Shown in pieces: positions 38,836 to 51,121 of a DNA stretch of 64,000 nucleotides (positions are counted from its first letter, which is position 1; each line of letters opens with the position of its first letter). This stretch comes from Auanema rhodensis (Eukaryota; Animalia; Nematoda), in NCBI GenBank assembly GCA_964057225.1, contig OZ059897.1:18104001-18168000 (forward strand), in the 5' to 3' direction. Under the pieces are notes generated by a model. The model saw nothing but the letters and a program-made list of their open reading frames with translations. It was not told where the DNA came from and searched no databases. The translations under genes and the position numbers were made by a program.

Positions 38836-41800
38836 TCCAAAAACATTTTGACAAAAATTTTTTCGAAAAATTTCAAAATAATTTAGCAAAAAGTAGATGT
38901 TTTTAGATTCCATTTTTCAAGGCAAAGACGATGGACAATGTTATTCAATGAAAAAATTAATTCTTCAGGGTGAAAATCGAAGATATAAGTGTGAACTTAT
39001 ATCAGTTGATATCTCGGTGCATTTTCGAGCTAGCGCAAATCTGATAACACAGATCGACGCAGCTTAAAAATCCGCATCGAATGCACTATACTACATTGAG
39101 AAACGCTTAATACAAAAATTAGTTATAATCGTTTGAAAAATGATGCATTAGTGTATGTTGAGTTTCCATGTACACTTAACATTGCTTCCAAAAACATTTT
39201 GACAAAAATTTTTTCGAAAAATTTCAAAATAGTTTACCAAAAAGTAGATGTTTTTAGATTCCATTTTTCAAGGCAAAGACGATGGACAATGTTATTCAAC
39301 GAAAAAATTAATTCTTCAGGGTGAAAATCGAGGATATAAGTGTGAACTTATATCAGTTGATATCTCGGTGCATTTTTAAGCTAGCGCAAATCTGATAACA
39401 CAGATCGACGCAGCTTAAAAATCCGCATCGAATGCACTATACTACATCGAGAAACGCTCAATACAAAAATTAGTTATAATCGTTTGAAAAATGATGCATT
39501 AGTGTATGTTGAGTTTCCATGTACACTCAACATTGCTTCCAAAACCATTTTGACAAAAATTTTTTCGAAAAATTTCAAAATAATTTAGCAAAAAGTAGAT
39601 GTTTTTAGATTCCATTTTTCAAGGCACAGACGATGGACAATGTTATTCAACGAAAAAATTAATTCTTCAGGGTGAAAATCGAAGATATAAGTGTGAACTT
39701 ATATCAGTTGATATCTCGGTGCATTTTCGAGCTAGCGCAAATCTGATAACACAGATCGACGCAGCTTAAAAATCCGCATCGAATGCACTATACTACATTG
39801 AGAAACGCTTAATACAAAAATTAGTTATAATCGTTTGAAAAATGATGCATTAGTGTATGTTGAGTTTCCATGTACACTCAACATTGCTTCCAAAAACATT
39901 TTGACAAAAATTTTTTCGAAAAATTTCAAAATAATTTAGCAAAAAGTAGATGTTTTTAGATTCCATTTTTCAAGGCAAAGACGATGGACAATGTTATTCA
40001 ACGAAAAAATTAATTCTTCAGGGTGAAAATCGAGGATATAAGTGTGAACTTATATCAGTTGATATCTCGGTGCATTTTTAAGCTAGCGCAAATCTGATAA
40101 CACAGATCGACGCAGCTTAAAAATCCGGATCGAATGCACTATACTACATTGAGAAACGCTTAATACAAAAATTAGTTATGATCGTTTGAAAAATGATGCA
40201 TTAGTGTATGTTGAGTTTCCATGTACACTCAACATTGCTTCCAAAAACATTTTGACAAAAATTTTTTCGAAAAATTTCAAAATAATTTAGCAAAAAGTAG
40301 ATGTTTTTAGATTCCATTTTTCAAGGCAAAGACGATGGACAATGTTATTCAACGAAAAAATTAATTCTTCAGGGTGAAAATTGAGGATATAAGTGTGAAC
40401 TTATATCAGTTGATATCTCGGTGCATTTTTAAGCTAGCGCAAATCTGATAACACAGATCGACGCAGCTTAAAAATCCGCATCGAATGCACTATACTACAT
40501 TGAGAAACATTTGATACAAAAATTAGTTATGATCGTTTGAAAAATGATGCATTAGTGTATGTTGAGTTTCCATGTACACTCAACATTGCTTCCAAAAACA
40601 TTTTGACAAAAATTTTTTCGAAAAATTTCGAAATAATTTAGCAAAAAGTAGATGTTTTTAGATTTCATTTTTCAAGGCAAAGACGATGGACAATGTTATT
40701 CAACGAAAAAATTAATTCTTCAGGGTGAAAATCGAGGATATAAGTGTGAACTTATATCAGTTGATATCTCGGTGCATTTTTAAGCTAGCGCAAATCTGAT
40801 AACACAGATCGACGCAGCTTAAAAATCCGCATCGAATGCACTATACTACATTGAGAAACGCTTAATACAAAAATTAGTTATGATCGTTTGAAAAATGATG
40901 CATTAGTGTATGTTGAGTTTCCATGTACACTCAATATTGCTTCCAAAAACATTTTGACAAAAATGTTTTCGGAAAATTTCAAAATAATTTAGCAAAAAGT
41001 AGATGTTTTTAGATTTCTTTTTTCAAGGCAAAGACGATGGACAATGTTATTCAACGAAAAAATCATTTCTTCAGGGTGAAAATCGAGGATATAAGTGTGA
41101 ACTTATATCAGTTGATATCTGGGTGCATTTTTAAGCTAGCGCAAATCTGATAACACAGATCGACGCAGCTTAAAAATCCGCATCGAATGCACTATACTAC
41201 ATTGAGAAACGCTTAATACATAAATTAGTTATGATCGTTTGAAAAATGATGCATTAGTGTATGTTGAGTTTCCATATACACTCAACATTGCTTCCAAAAA
41301 CATTTTGACAAAAATTTTTTCGAAAAATTTCGAAATAATTTAGCAAAAAGTAGATGTTTTTAGATTCCATTTTTCAAGGCAAAGACGATAGACAATGTTA
41401 TTCAACGAAAAAATTAATTCTTCAGGGTGAAAATCGAGGATATAAGTGTGAACTTATATCAGTTGATATCTCGGTGCATATTTAAGCTAGCGCAAATCTG
41501 ATAACACAGATCGACGCAGCTTAAAAATCCGCATCGAATGCACTATACTACATTGAGAAACGCTTAATACAAAAATTAGTTATGATCGTTTGAAAAATGA
41601 TGCATTAGTGTATGTTGAGTTTCCATGTACACTCAACATTGCTTCCAAAAACATTTTGACAAAAATTTTTTCGAAAAATTTCAAAATAATTTAGCAAAAA
41701 GTAGATGTTTTTAGATTCCATTTTTCAAGGCAAAGACGATAAACAATGTTATTCAACGAAAAAATTAATTCTTTAGGGTGAAAATCGAGGATATAAGTGT

Positions 41801-43749
41801 GAACTTATATCAGTTGATATCTCGGTGCATTTTTAAGCTAGCGCAAATCTGATAACACAGATCGACGCAGCTTAAAAATCCGCATCGAATGCACTATACT
41901 ACATTGAGAAACGCTTAATACAAAAATTAGTTATGATCGTTTGAAAAATGATGCATTAGTGTATGTTGAGTTTCCATGTACACTCAACATTGCTTCCAAA
42001 AACATTTTGACAAAAATTTTTTCGAAAAATTTCAAAATAATTTAGCAAAAAGTAGATGTTTTTAGATTCCATTTTTCAAGGCAAAGACGATGGACAATGT
42101 TATTCAACGAAAAAATTAATTCTTCAGGGTGAAAATTGAGGATATAAGTGTGAACTTATATCAGTTGATATCTCGGTGCATTTTTAAGCTAGCGCAAATC
42201 TGATAACACAGATCGACGCAGCTTAAAAATCCGCATCGAATGCACTATACTACATTGAGAAACATTTGATACAAAAATTAGTTATGATCGTTTGAAAAAT
42301 GATGCATTAGTGTATGTTGAGTTTCCATGTACACTCAACATTGCTTCCAAAAACATTTTGACAAAAATTTTTTCGAAAAATTTCGAAATAATTTAGCAAA
42401 AAGTAGATGTTTTTAGATTTCATTTTTCAAGGCAAAGACGATGGACAATGTTATTCAACGAAAAAAATAATTCTTCAGGGTGAAAATCGAGGATATAAGT
42501 GTGAACTTATATCAGTTGATATCTCGGTGCATTTTTAAGCTAGCGCAAATCTGATAACACAGATCGACGCAGCTTAAAAATCCGCATCGAATGCACTATA
42601 CTACATTGAGAAACGCTTAATACAAAAATTAGTTATAATCGTTTGAAAAATGATGCATTAGTGTATGTTGAGTTTCCATGTACACTCAACATTGCTTCCA
42701 AAAACATTTTGACAAAAATTTTTTCGAAAAATTTCAAAATAATTTAGCAAAAAGTAGATGTTTTTAGATTCCATTTTTCAAGGCAAAGACGATGGACAAT
42801 GTTATTCAACGAAAAAATTAATTCTTCAGGGTGAAAATCGAAGATATAAGTGTGAACTTATATCAGTTGATATCTCGGTGCATTTTCGAGCTAGCGCAAA
42901 TCTGATAACACAGATCGACGCAGCTTAAAAATCCGCATCGAATGCACTATACTACATTGAGAAACGCTTAATACAAAAATTAGTTATAATCGTTTGAAAA
43001 ATGATGCATTAGTGTATGTTGAGTTTCCATGTACACTTAACATTGCTTCCAAAAACATTTTGACAAAAATTTTTTCGAAAAATTTCAAAATAGTTTACCA
43101 AAAAGTAGATGTTTTTAGATTCCATTTTTCAAGGCAAAGACGATGGACAATGTTATTCAACGAAAAAATTAATTCTTCAGGGTGAAAATCGAGGATATAA
43201 GTGTGAACTTATATCAGTTGATATCTCGGTGCATTTTTAAGCTAGCGCAAATCTGATAACACAGATCGACGCAGCTTAAAAATCCGCATCGAATGCACTA
43301 TACTACATTGAGAAACGCTTAATACAAAAATTAGTTATAATCGTTTGAAAAATGATGCATTAGTGTATGTTGAGTTTCCATGTACACTTAACATTGCTTC
43401 CAAAAACATTTTGACAAAAATTTTTTCGAAAAATTTCAAAATAGTTTACCAAAAAGTAGATGTTTTTAGATTCCATTTTTCAAGGCAAAGACGATGGACA
43501 ATGTTATTCAACGAAAAAATTAATTCTTCAGGGTGAAAATCGAGGATATAAGTGTGAACTTATATCAGTTGATATCTCGGTGCATTTTTAAGCTAGCGCA
43601 AATCTGATAACACAGATCGACGCAGCTTAAAAATCCGCATCGAATGCACTATACTACATCGAGAAACGCTCAATACAAAAATTAGTTATAATCGTTTGAA
43701 AAATGATGCATTAGTGTATGTTGAGTTTCCATGTACACTCAACATTGCT

Positions 43750-46557
43750 TCCAAAACCATTTTGACAAAAATTTTTTCGAAAAATTTCAAAATAATTTAG
43801 CAAAAAGTAGATGTTTTTAGATTCCATTTTTCAAGGCACAGACGATGGACAATGTTATTCAACGAAAAAATTAATTCTTCAGGGTGAAAATCGAAGATAT
43901 AAGTGTGAACTTATATCAGTTGATATCTCGGTGCATTTTCGAGCTAGCGCAAATCTGATAACACAGATCGACGCAGCTTAAAAATCCGCATCGAATGCAC
44001 TATACTACATTGAGAAACGCTTAATACAAAAATTAGTTATAATCGTTTGAAAAATGATGCATTAGTGTATGTTGAGTTTCCATGTACACTCAACATTGCT
44101 TCCAAAAACATTTTGACAAAAATTTTTTCGAAAAATTTCAAAATAATTTAGCAAAAAGTAGATGTTTTTAGATCCCATTTTTCAAGGCAAAGACGATGGA
44201 CAATGTTATTCAACGAAAAAATTAATTCTTCAGGGTGAAAATCGAGGATATAAGTGTGAACTTATATCAGTTGATATCTCGGTGCATTTTTAAGCTAGCG
44301 CAAATCTGATAACACAGATCGACGCAGCTTAAAAATCCGGATCGAATGCACTATACTACATTGAGAAACGCTTAATACAAAAATTAGTTATGATCGTTTG
44401 AAAAATGATGCATTAGTGTATGTTGAGTTTCCATGTACACTCAACATTGCTTCCAAAAACATTTTGACAAAAATTTTTTCGAAAAATTTCAAAATAATTT
44501 AGCAAAAAGTAGATGTTTTTAGATTCCATTTTTCAAGGCAAAGACGATGGACAATGTTATTCAACGAAAAAATTAATTCTTCAGGGTGAAAATTGAGGAT
44601 ATAAGTGTGAACTTATATCAGTTGATATCTCGGTGCATTTTTAAGCTAGCGCAAATCTGATAACACAGATCGACGCAGCTTAAAAATCCGCATCGAATGC
44701 ACTATACTACATTGAGAAACATTTGATACAAAAATTAGTTATGATCGTTTGAAAAATGATGCATTAGTGTATGTTGAGTTTCCATGTACACTCAACATTG
44801 CTTCCAAAAACATTTTGACAAAAATTTTTTCGAAAAATTTCGAAATAATTTAGCAAAAAGTAGATGTTTTTAGATTTCATTTTTCAAGGCAAAGACGATG
44901 GACAATGTTATTCAACGAAAAAATTAATTCTTCAGGGTGAAAATCGAGGATATAAGTGTGAACTTATATCAGTTGATATCTCGGTGCATTTTTAAGCTAG
45001 CGCAAATCTGATAACACAGATCGACGCAGCTTAAAAATCCGCATCGAATGCACTATACTACATCGAGAAACGCTCAATACAAAAATTAGTTATAATCGTT
45101 TGAAAAATGATGCATTAGTGTATGTTGAGTTTCCATGTACACTCAACATTGCTTCCAAAACCATTTTGACAAAAATTTTTTCGAAAAATTTCAAAATAAT
45201 TTAGCAAAAAGTAGATGTTTTTAGATTCCATTTTTCAAGGCACAGACGATGGACAATGTTATTCAACGAAAAAATTAATTCTTCAGGGTGAAAATCGAAG
45301 ATATAAGTGTGAACTTATATCAGTTGATATCTCGGTGCATTTTCGAGCTAGCGCAAATCTGATAACACAGATCGACGCAGCTTAAAAATCCGCATCGAAT
45401 GCACTATACTACATTGAGAAACGCTTAATACAAAAATTAGTTATAATCGTTTGAAAAATGATGCATTAGTGTATGTTGAGTTTCCATGTACACTCAACAT
45501 TGCTTCCAAAAACATTTTGACAAAAATTTTTTCGAAAAATTTCAAAATAATTTAGCAAAAAGTAGATGTTTTTAGATCCCATTTTTCAAGGCAAAGACGA
45601 TGGACAATGTTATTCAACGAAAAAATTAATTCTTCAGGGTGAAAATCGAGGATATAAGTGTGAACTTATATCAGTTGATATCTCGGTGCATTTTTAAGCT
45701 AGCGCAAATCTGATAACACAGATCGACGCAGCTTAAAAATCCGGATCGAATGCACTATACTACATTGAGAAACGCTTAATACAAAAATTAGTTATGATCG
45801 TTTGAAAAATGATGCATTAGTGTATGTTGAGTTTCCATGTACACTCAACATTGCTTCCAAAAACATTTTGACAAAAATTTTTTCGAAAAATTTCAAAATA
45901 ATTTAGCAAAAAGTAGATGTTTTTAGATTCCATTTTTCAAGGCAAAGACGATGGACAATGTTATTCAACGAAAAAATTAATTCTTCAGGGTGAAAATTGA
46001 GGATATAAGTGTGAACTTATATCAGTTGATATCTCGGTGCATTTTTAAGCTAGCGCAAATCTGATAACACAGATCGACGCAGCTTAAAAATCCGCATCGA
46101 ATGCACTATACTACATTGAGAAACATTTGATACAAAAATTAGTTATGATCGTTTGAAAAATGATGCATTAGTGTATGTTGAGTTTCCATGTACACTCAAC
46201 ATTGCTTCCAAAAACATTTTGACAAAAATTTTTTCGAAAAATTTCGAAATAATTTAGCAAAAAGTAGATGTTTTTAGATTTCATTTTTCAAGGCAAAGAC
46301 GATGGACAATGTTATTCAACGAAAAAATTAATTCTTCAGGGTGAAAATCGAGGATATAAGTGTGAACTTATATCAGTTGATATCTCGGTGCATTTTTAAG
46401 CTAGCGCAAATCTGATAACACAGATCGACGCAGCTTAAAAATCCGCATCGAATGCACTATACTACATTGAGAAACGCTTAATACAAAAATTAGTTATGAT
46501 CGTTTGAAAAATGATGCATTAGTGTATGTTGAGTTTCCATATACACTCAACATTGCT
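43750..46557. repeat. Tandem 4-mer duplication (1404 bp x2)
   Basis: The private variant GATCCC (T74C) occurs at 44174 and 45578. The order [C8,C90,CG191-192]-[C74,G240]-[T143,ACATTTGA]-[G40,T75] is repeated. Confidence 0.9.
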
Positions 46558-49500
46558 TCCAAAAACATTTTGACAAAAATTTTTTCGAAAAATTTCGAGA
46601 TAATTTAGCAAAAAGTAGATGTTTTTAGATTCCATTTTTCAAGGCAAAGACGATAGACAATGTTATTCAACGAAAAAATTAATTCTTCAGGGTGAAAATC
46701 GAGGATATAAGTGTGAACTTATATCAGTTGATATCTCGGTGCATATTTAAGCTAGCGCAAATCTGATAACACAGATCGACGCAGCTTAAAAATCCGCATC
46801 GAATGCACTATACTACATTGAGAAACGCTTAATACAAAAATTAGTTATGATCGTTTGAAAAATGATGCATTAGTGTATGTTGAGTTTCCATGTACACTCA
46901 ACATTGCTTCCAAAAACATTTTGACAAAAATTTTTTCGAAAAATTTCAAAATAATTTAGCAAAAAGTAGATGTTTTTAGATTCCATTTTTCAAGGCAAAG
47001 ACGATAAACAATGTTATTCAACGAAAAAATTAATTCTTTAGGGTGAAAATCGAGGATATAAGTGTGAACTTATATCAGTTGATATCTCGGTGCATTTTTA
47101 AGCTAGCGCAAATCTGATAACACAGATCGACGCAGCTTAAAAATCCGCATCGAATGCACTATACTACATTGAGAAACGCTTAATACAAAAATTAGTTATA
47201 ATCGTTTGAAAAATGATGCATTAGTGTATGTTGAGTTTCCATGTACACTTAACATTGCTTCCAAAAACATTTTGACAAAAATTTTTTCGAAAAATTTCAA
47301 AATAGTTTACCAAAAAGTAGATGTTTTTAGATTCCATTTTTCAAGGCAAAGACGATGGACAATGTTATTCAACGAAAAAATTAATTCTTCAGGGTGAAAA
47401 TCGAGGATATAAGTGTGAACTTATATCAGTTGATATCTCGGTGCATTTTTAAGCTAGCGCAAATCTGATAACACAGATCGACGCAGCTTAAAAATCCGCA
47501 TCGAATGCACTATACTACATCGAGAAACGCTCAATACAAAAATTAGTTATAATCGTTTGAAAAATGATGCATTAGTGTATGTTGAGTTTCCATGTACACT
47601 CAACATTGCTTCCAAAACCATTTTGACAAAAATTTTTTCGAAAAATTTCAAAATAATTTAGCAAAAAGTAGATGTTTTTAGATTCCATTTTTCAAGGCAC
47701 AGACGATGGACAATGTTATTCAACGAAAAAATTAATTCTTCAGGGTGAAAATCGAAGATATAAGTGTGAACTTATATCAGTTGATATCTCGGTGCATTTT
47801 CGAGCTAGCGCAAATCTGATAACACAGATCGACGCAGCTTAAAAATCCGCATCGAATGCACTATACTACATTGAGAAACGCTTAATACAAAAATTAGTTA
47901 TAATCGTTTGAAAAATGATGCATTAGTGTATGTTGAGTTTCCATGTACACTCAACATTGCTTCCAAAAACATTTTGACAAAAATTTTTTCGAAAAATTTC
48001 AAAATAATTTAGCAAAAAGTAGATGTTTTTAGATTCCATTTTTCAAGGCAAAGACGATGGACAATGTTATTCAACGAAAAAATTAATTCTTCAGGGTGAA
48101 AATCGAGGATATAAGTGTGAACTTATATCAGTTGATATCTCGGTGCATTTTTAAGCTAGCGCAAATCTGATAACACAGATCGACGCAGCTTAAAAATCCG
48201 GATCGAATGCACTATACTACATTGAGAAACGCTTAATACAAAAATTAGTTATGATCGTTTGAAAAATGATGCATTAGTGTATGTTGAGTTTCCATGTACA
48301 CTCAACATTGCTTCCAAAAACATTTTGACAAAAATTTTTTCGAAAAATTTCAAAATAATTTAGCAAAAAGTAGATGTTTTTAGATTCCATTTTTCAAGGC
48401 AAAGACGATGGACAATGTTATTCAACGAAAAAATTAATTCTTCAGGGTGAAAATTGAGGATATAAGTGTGAACTTATATCAGTTGATATCTCGGTGCATT
48501 TTTAAGCTAGCGCAAATCTGATAACACAGATCGACGCAGCTTAAAAATCCGCATCGAATGCACTATACTACATTGAGAAACATTTGATACAAAAATTAGT
48601 TATGATCGTTTGAAAAATGATGCATTAGTGTATGTTGAGTTTCCATGTACACTCAACATTGCTTCCAAAAACATTTTGACAAAAATTTTTTCGAAAAATT
48701 TCGAAATAATTTAGCAAAAAGTAGATGTTTTTAGATTTCATTTTTCAAGGCAAAGACGATGGACAATGTTATTCAACGAAAAAATTAATTCTTCAGGGTG
48801 AAAATCGAGGATATAAGTGTGAACTTATATCAGTTGATATCTCGGTGCATTTTTAAGCTAGCGCAAATCTGATAACACAGATCGACGCAGCTTAAAAATC
48901 CGCATCGAATGCACTATACTACATTGAGAAACGCTTAATACAAAAATTAGTTATGATCGTTTGAAAAATGATGCATTAGTGTATGTTGAGTTTCCATGTA
49001 CACTCAATATTGCTTCCAAAAACATTTTGACAAAAATGTTTTCGGAAAATTTCAAAATAATTTAGCAAAAAGTAGATGTTTTTAGATTTCTTTTTTCAAG
49101 GCAAAGACGATGGACAATGTTATTCAACGAAAAAATCATTTCTTCAGGGTGAAAATCGAGGATATAAGTGTGAACTTATATCAGTTGATATCTGGGTGCA
49201 TTTTTAAGCTAGCGCAAATCTGATAACACAGATCGACGCAGCTTAAAAATCCGCATCGAATGCACTATACTACATTGAGAAACGCTTAATACATAAATTA
49301 GTTATGATCGTTTGAAAAATGATGCATTAGTGTATGTTGAGTTTCCATATACACTCAACATTGCTTCCAAAAACATTTTGACAAAAATTTTTTCGAAAAA
49401 TTTCGAAATAATTTAGCAAAAAGTAGATGTTTTTAGATTCCATTTTTCAAGGCAAAGACGATAGACAATGTTATTCAACGAAAAAATTAATTCTTCAGGG

Positions 49501-50067
49501 TGAAAATCGAGGATATAAGTGTGAACTTATATCAGTTGATATCTCGGTGCATATTTAAGCTAGCGCAAATCTGATAACACAGATCGACGCAGCTTAAAAA
49601 TCCGCATCGAATGCACTATACTACATTGAGAAACGCTTAATACAAAAATTAGTTATGATCGTTTGAAAAATGATGCATTAGTGTATGTTGAGTTTCCATG
49701 TACACTCAACATTGCTTCCAAAAACATTTTGACAAAAATTTTTTCGAAAAATTTCGAAATAATTTAGCAAAAAGTAGATGTTTTTAGATTCCATTTTTCA
49801 AGGCAAAGACGATAAACAATGTTATTCAACGAAAAAATTAATTCTTTAGGGTGAAAATCGAGGATATAAGTGTGAACTTATATCAGTTGATATCTCGGTG
49901 CATTTTTAAGCTAGCGCAAATCTGATAACACAGATCGACGCAGCTTAAAAATCCGCATCGAATGCACTATACTACATTGAGAAACGCTTAATACAAAAAT
50001 TAGTTATGATCGTTTGAAAAATGATGCATTAGTGTATGTTGAGTTTCCATGTACACTCAACATTGCT

Positions 50068-50419
50068 TCCAAAAACATTTTGACAAAAACTTTTTCGAAA
50101 TTATTTCAAAATAGTTTACCAAAAAGTAGATGTTTTTAGATTCCATTTTTCAAGGCAAAGACGATGGACAATGTTATTCAACGAAAAAATTAATTCTTCA
50201 GGGTGAAAATCGAGGATATAAGTGTGAACTTATATCAGTTGATATCTCGGTGCATTTTTAAGCTAGCGCAAATCTGATAACACAGATCGACGCAGCTTAA
50301 AAATCCGCATCGAATGCACTATACTACATCGAGAAACGCTCAATACAAAAATTAGTTATAATCGTTTGAAAAATGATGCATTAGTGTATGTTGAGTTTCC
50401 ATGTACACTCAACATTGCT
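50068..50419. repeat. 352-bp variant monomer (CGAAAAATTTC changed to CGAAATTATTTC)
   Basis: Seen at 50096-50107. The array phase shifts by +1 afterwards (next start 50420). Confidence 0.95.
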
Positions 50420-51121
50420 TCCAAAAACATTTTGACAAAAATTTTTTCGAAAAATTTCAAAATAATTTAGCGAAAAGTAGATGTTTTTAGATTCCATTTT
50501 TCAAGGCAAAGACGATGGACAATGTTATTCAACGAAAAAATTAATTCTTCAGGGTGAAAATCGAAGATATAAGTGTGAACTTATATCAGTTGATATCTCG
50601 GTGCATTTTTAAGCTAGCGCAAATCTGATAACACAGATCGACGCAGCTTAAAAATCCGCATCGAATGCACTATACTACATTGAGAAACATTTGATACAAA
50701 AATTAGTTATGATCGTTTGAAAAATGATGCATTAGTGTATGTTGAGTTTCCATGTACACTCAACATTGCTTCCAAAAACATTTTGACAAAAATTTTTTCG
50801 AAAAATTTCAAAATAATTTAGCAAAAAGTAGATGTTTTTAGATTTCATTTTTCAAGGCAAAGACGATGGACAATGTTATTCAACGAAAAAATTAATTCTT
50901 CAGGGTGAAAATCGAGGATATAAGTGTGAACTTATATCAGTTGATATCTCGGTGCATTTTTAAGCTAGCGCAAATCTGATAACACAGATCGACGCAGCTT
51001 AAAAATCCGCATCGAATGCACTATACTACATTGAGAAACGCTTAATACAAAAATTAGTTATGATCGTTTGAAAAATGATGCATTAGTGTATGTTGAGTTT
51101 CCATGTACACTCAATATTGCT

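Noticed and set aside
1702-47397. 33 copies of a 63-aa ORF (MKNDALVYVEF...)
   Set aside because: It starts at TTG and exists only where G51C removes a TAG. Most monomers have the stop. The K/F/I/N-rich composition reflects A/T tracts, and I recognise no domain.
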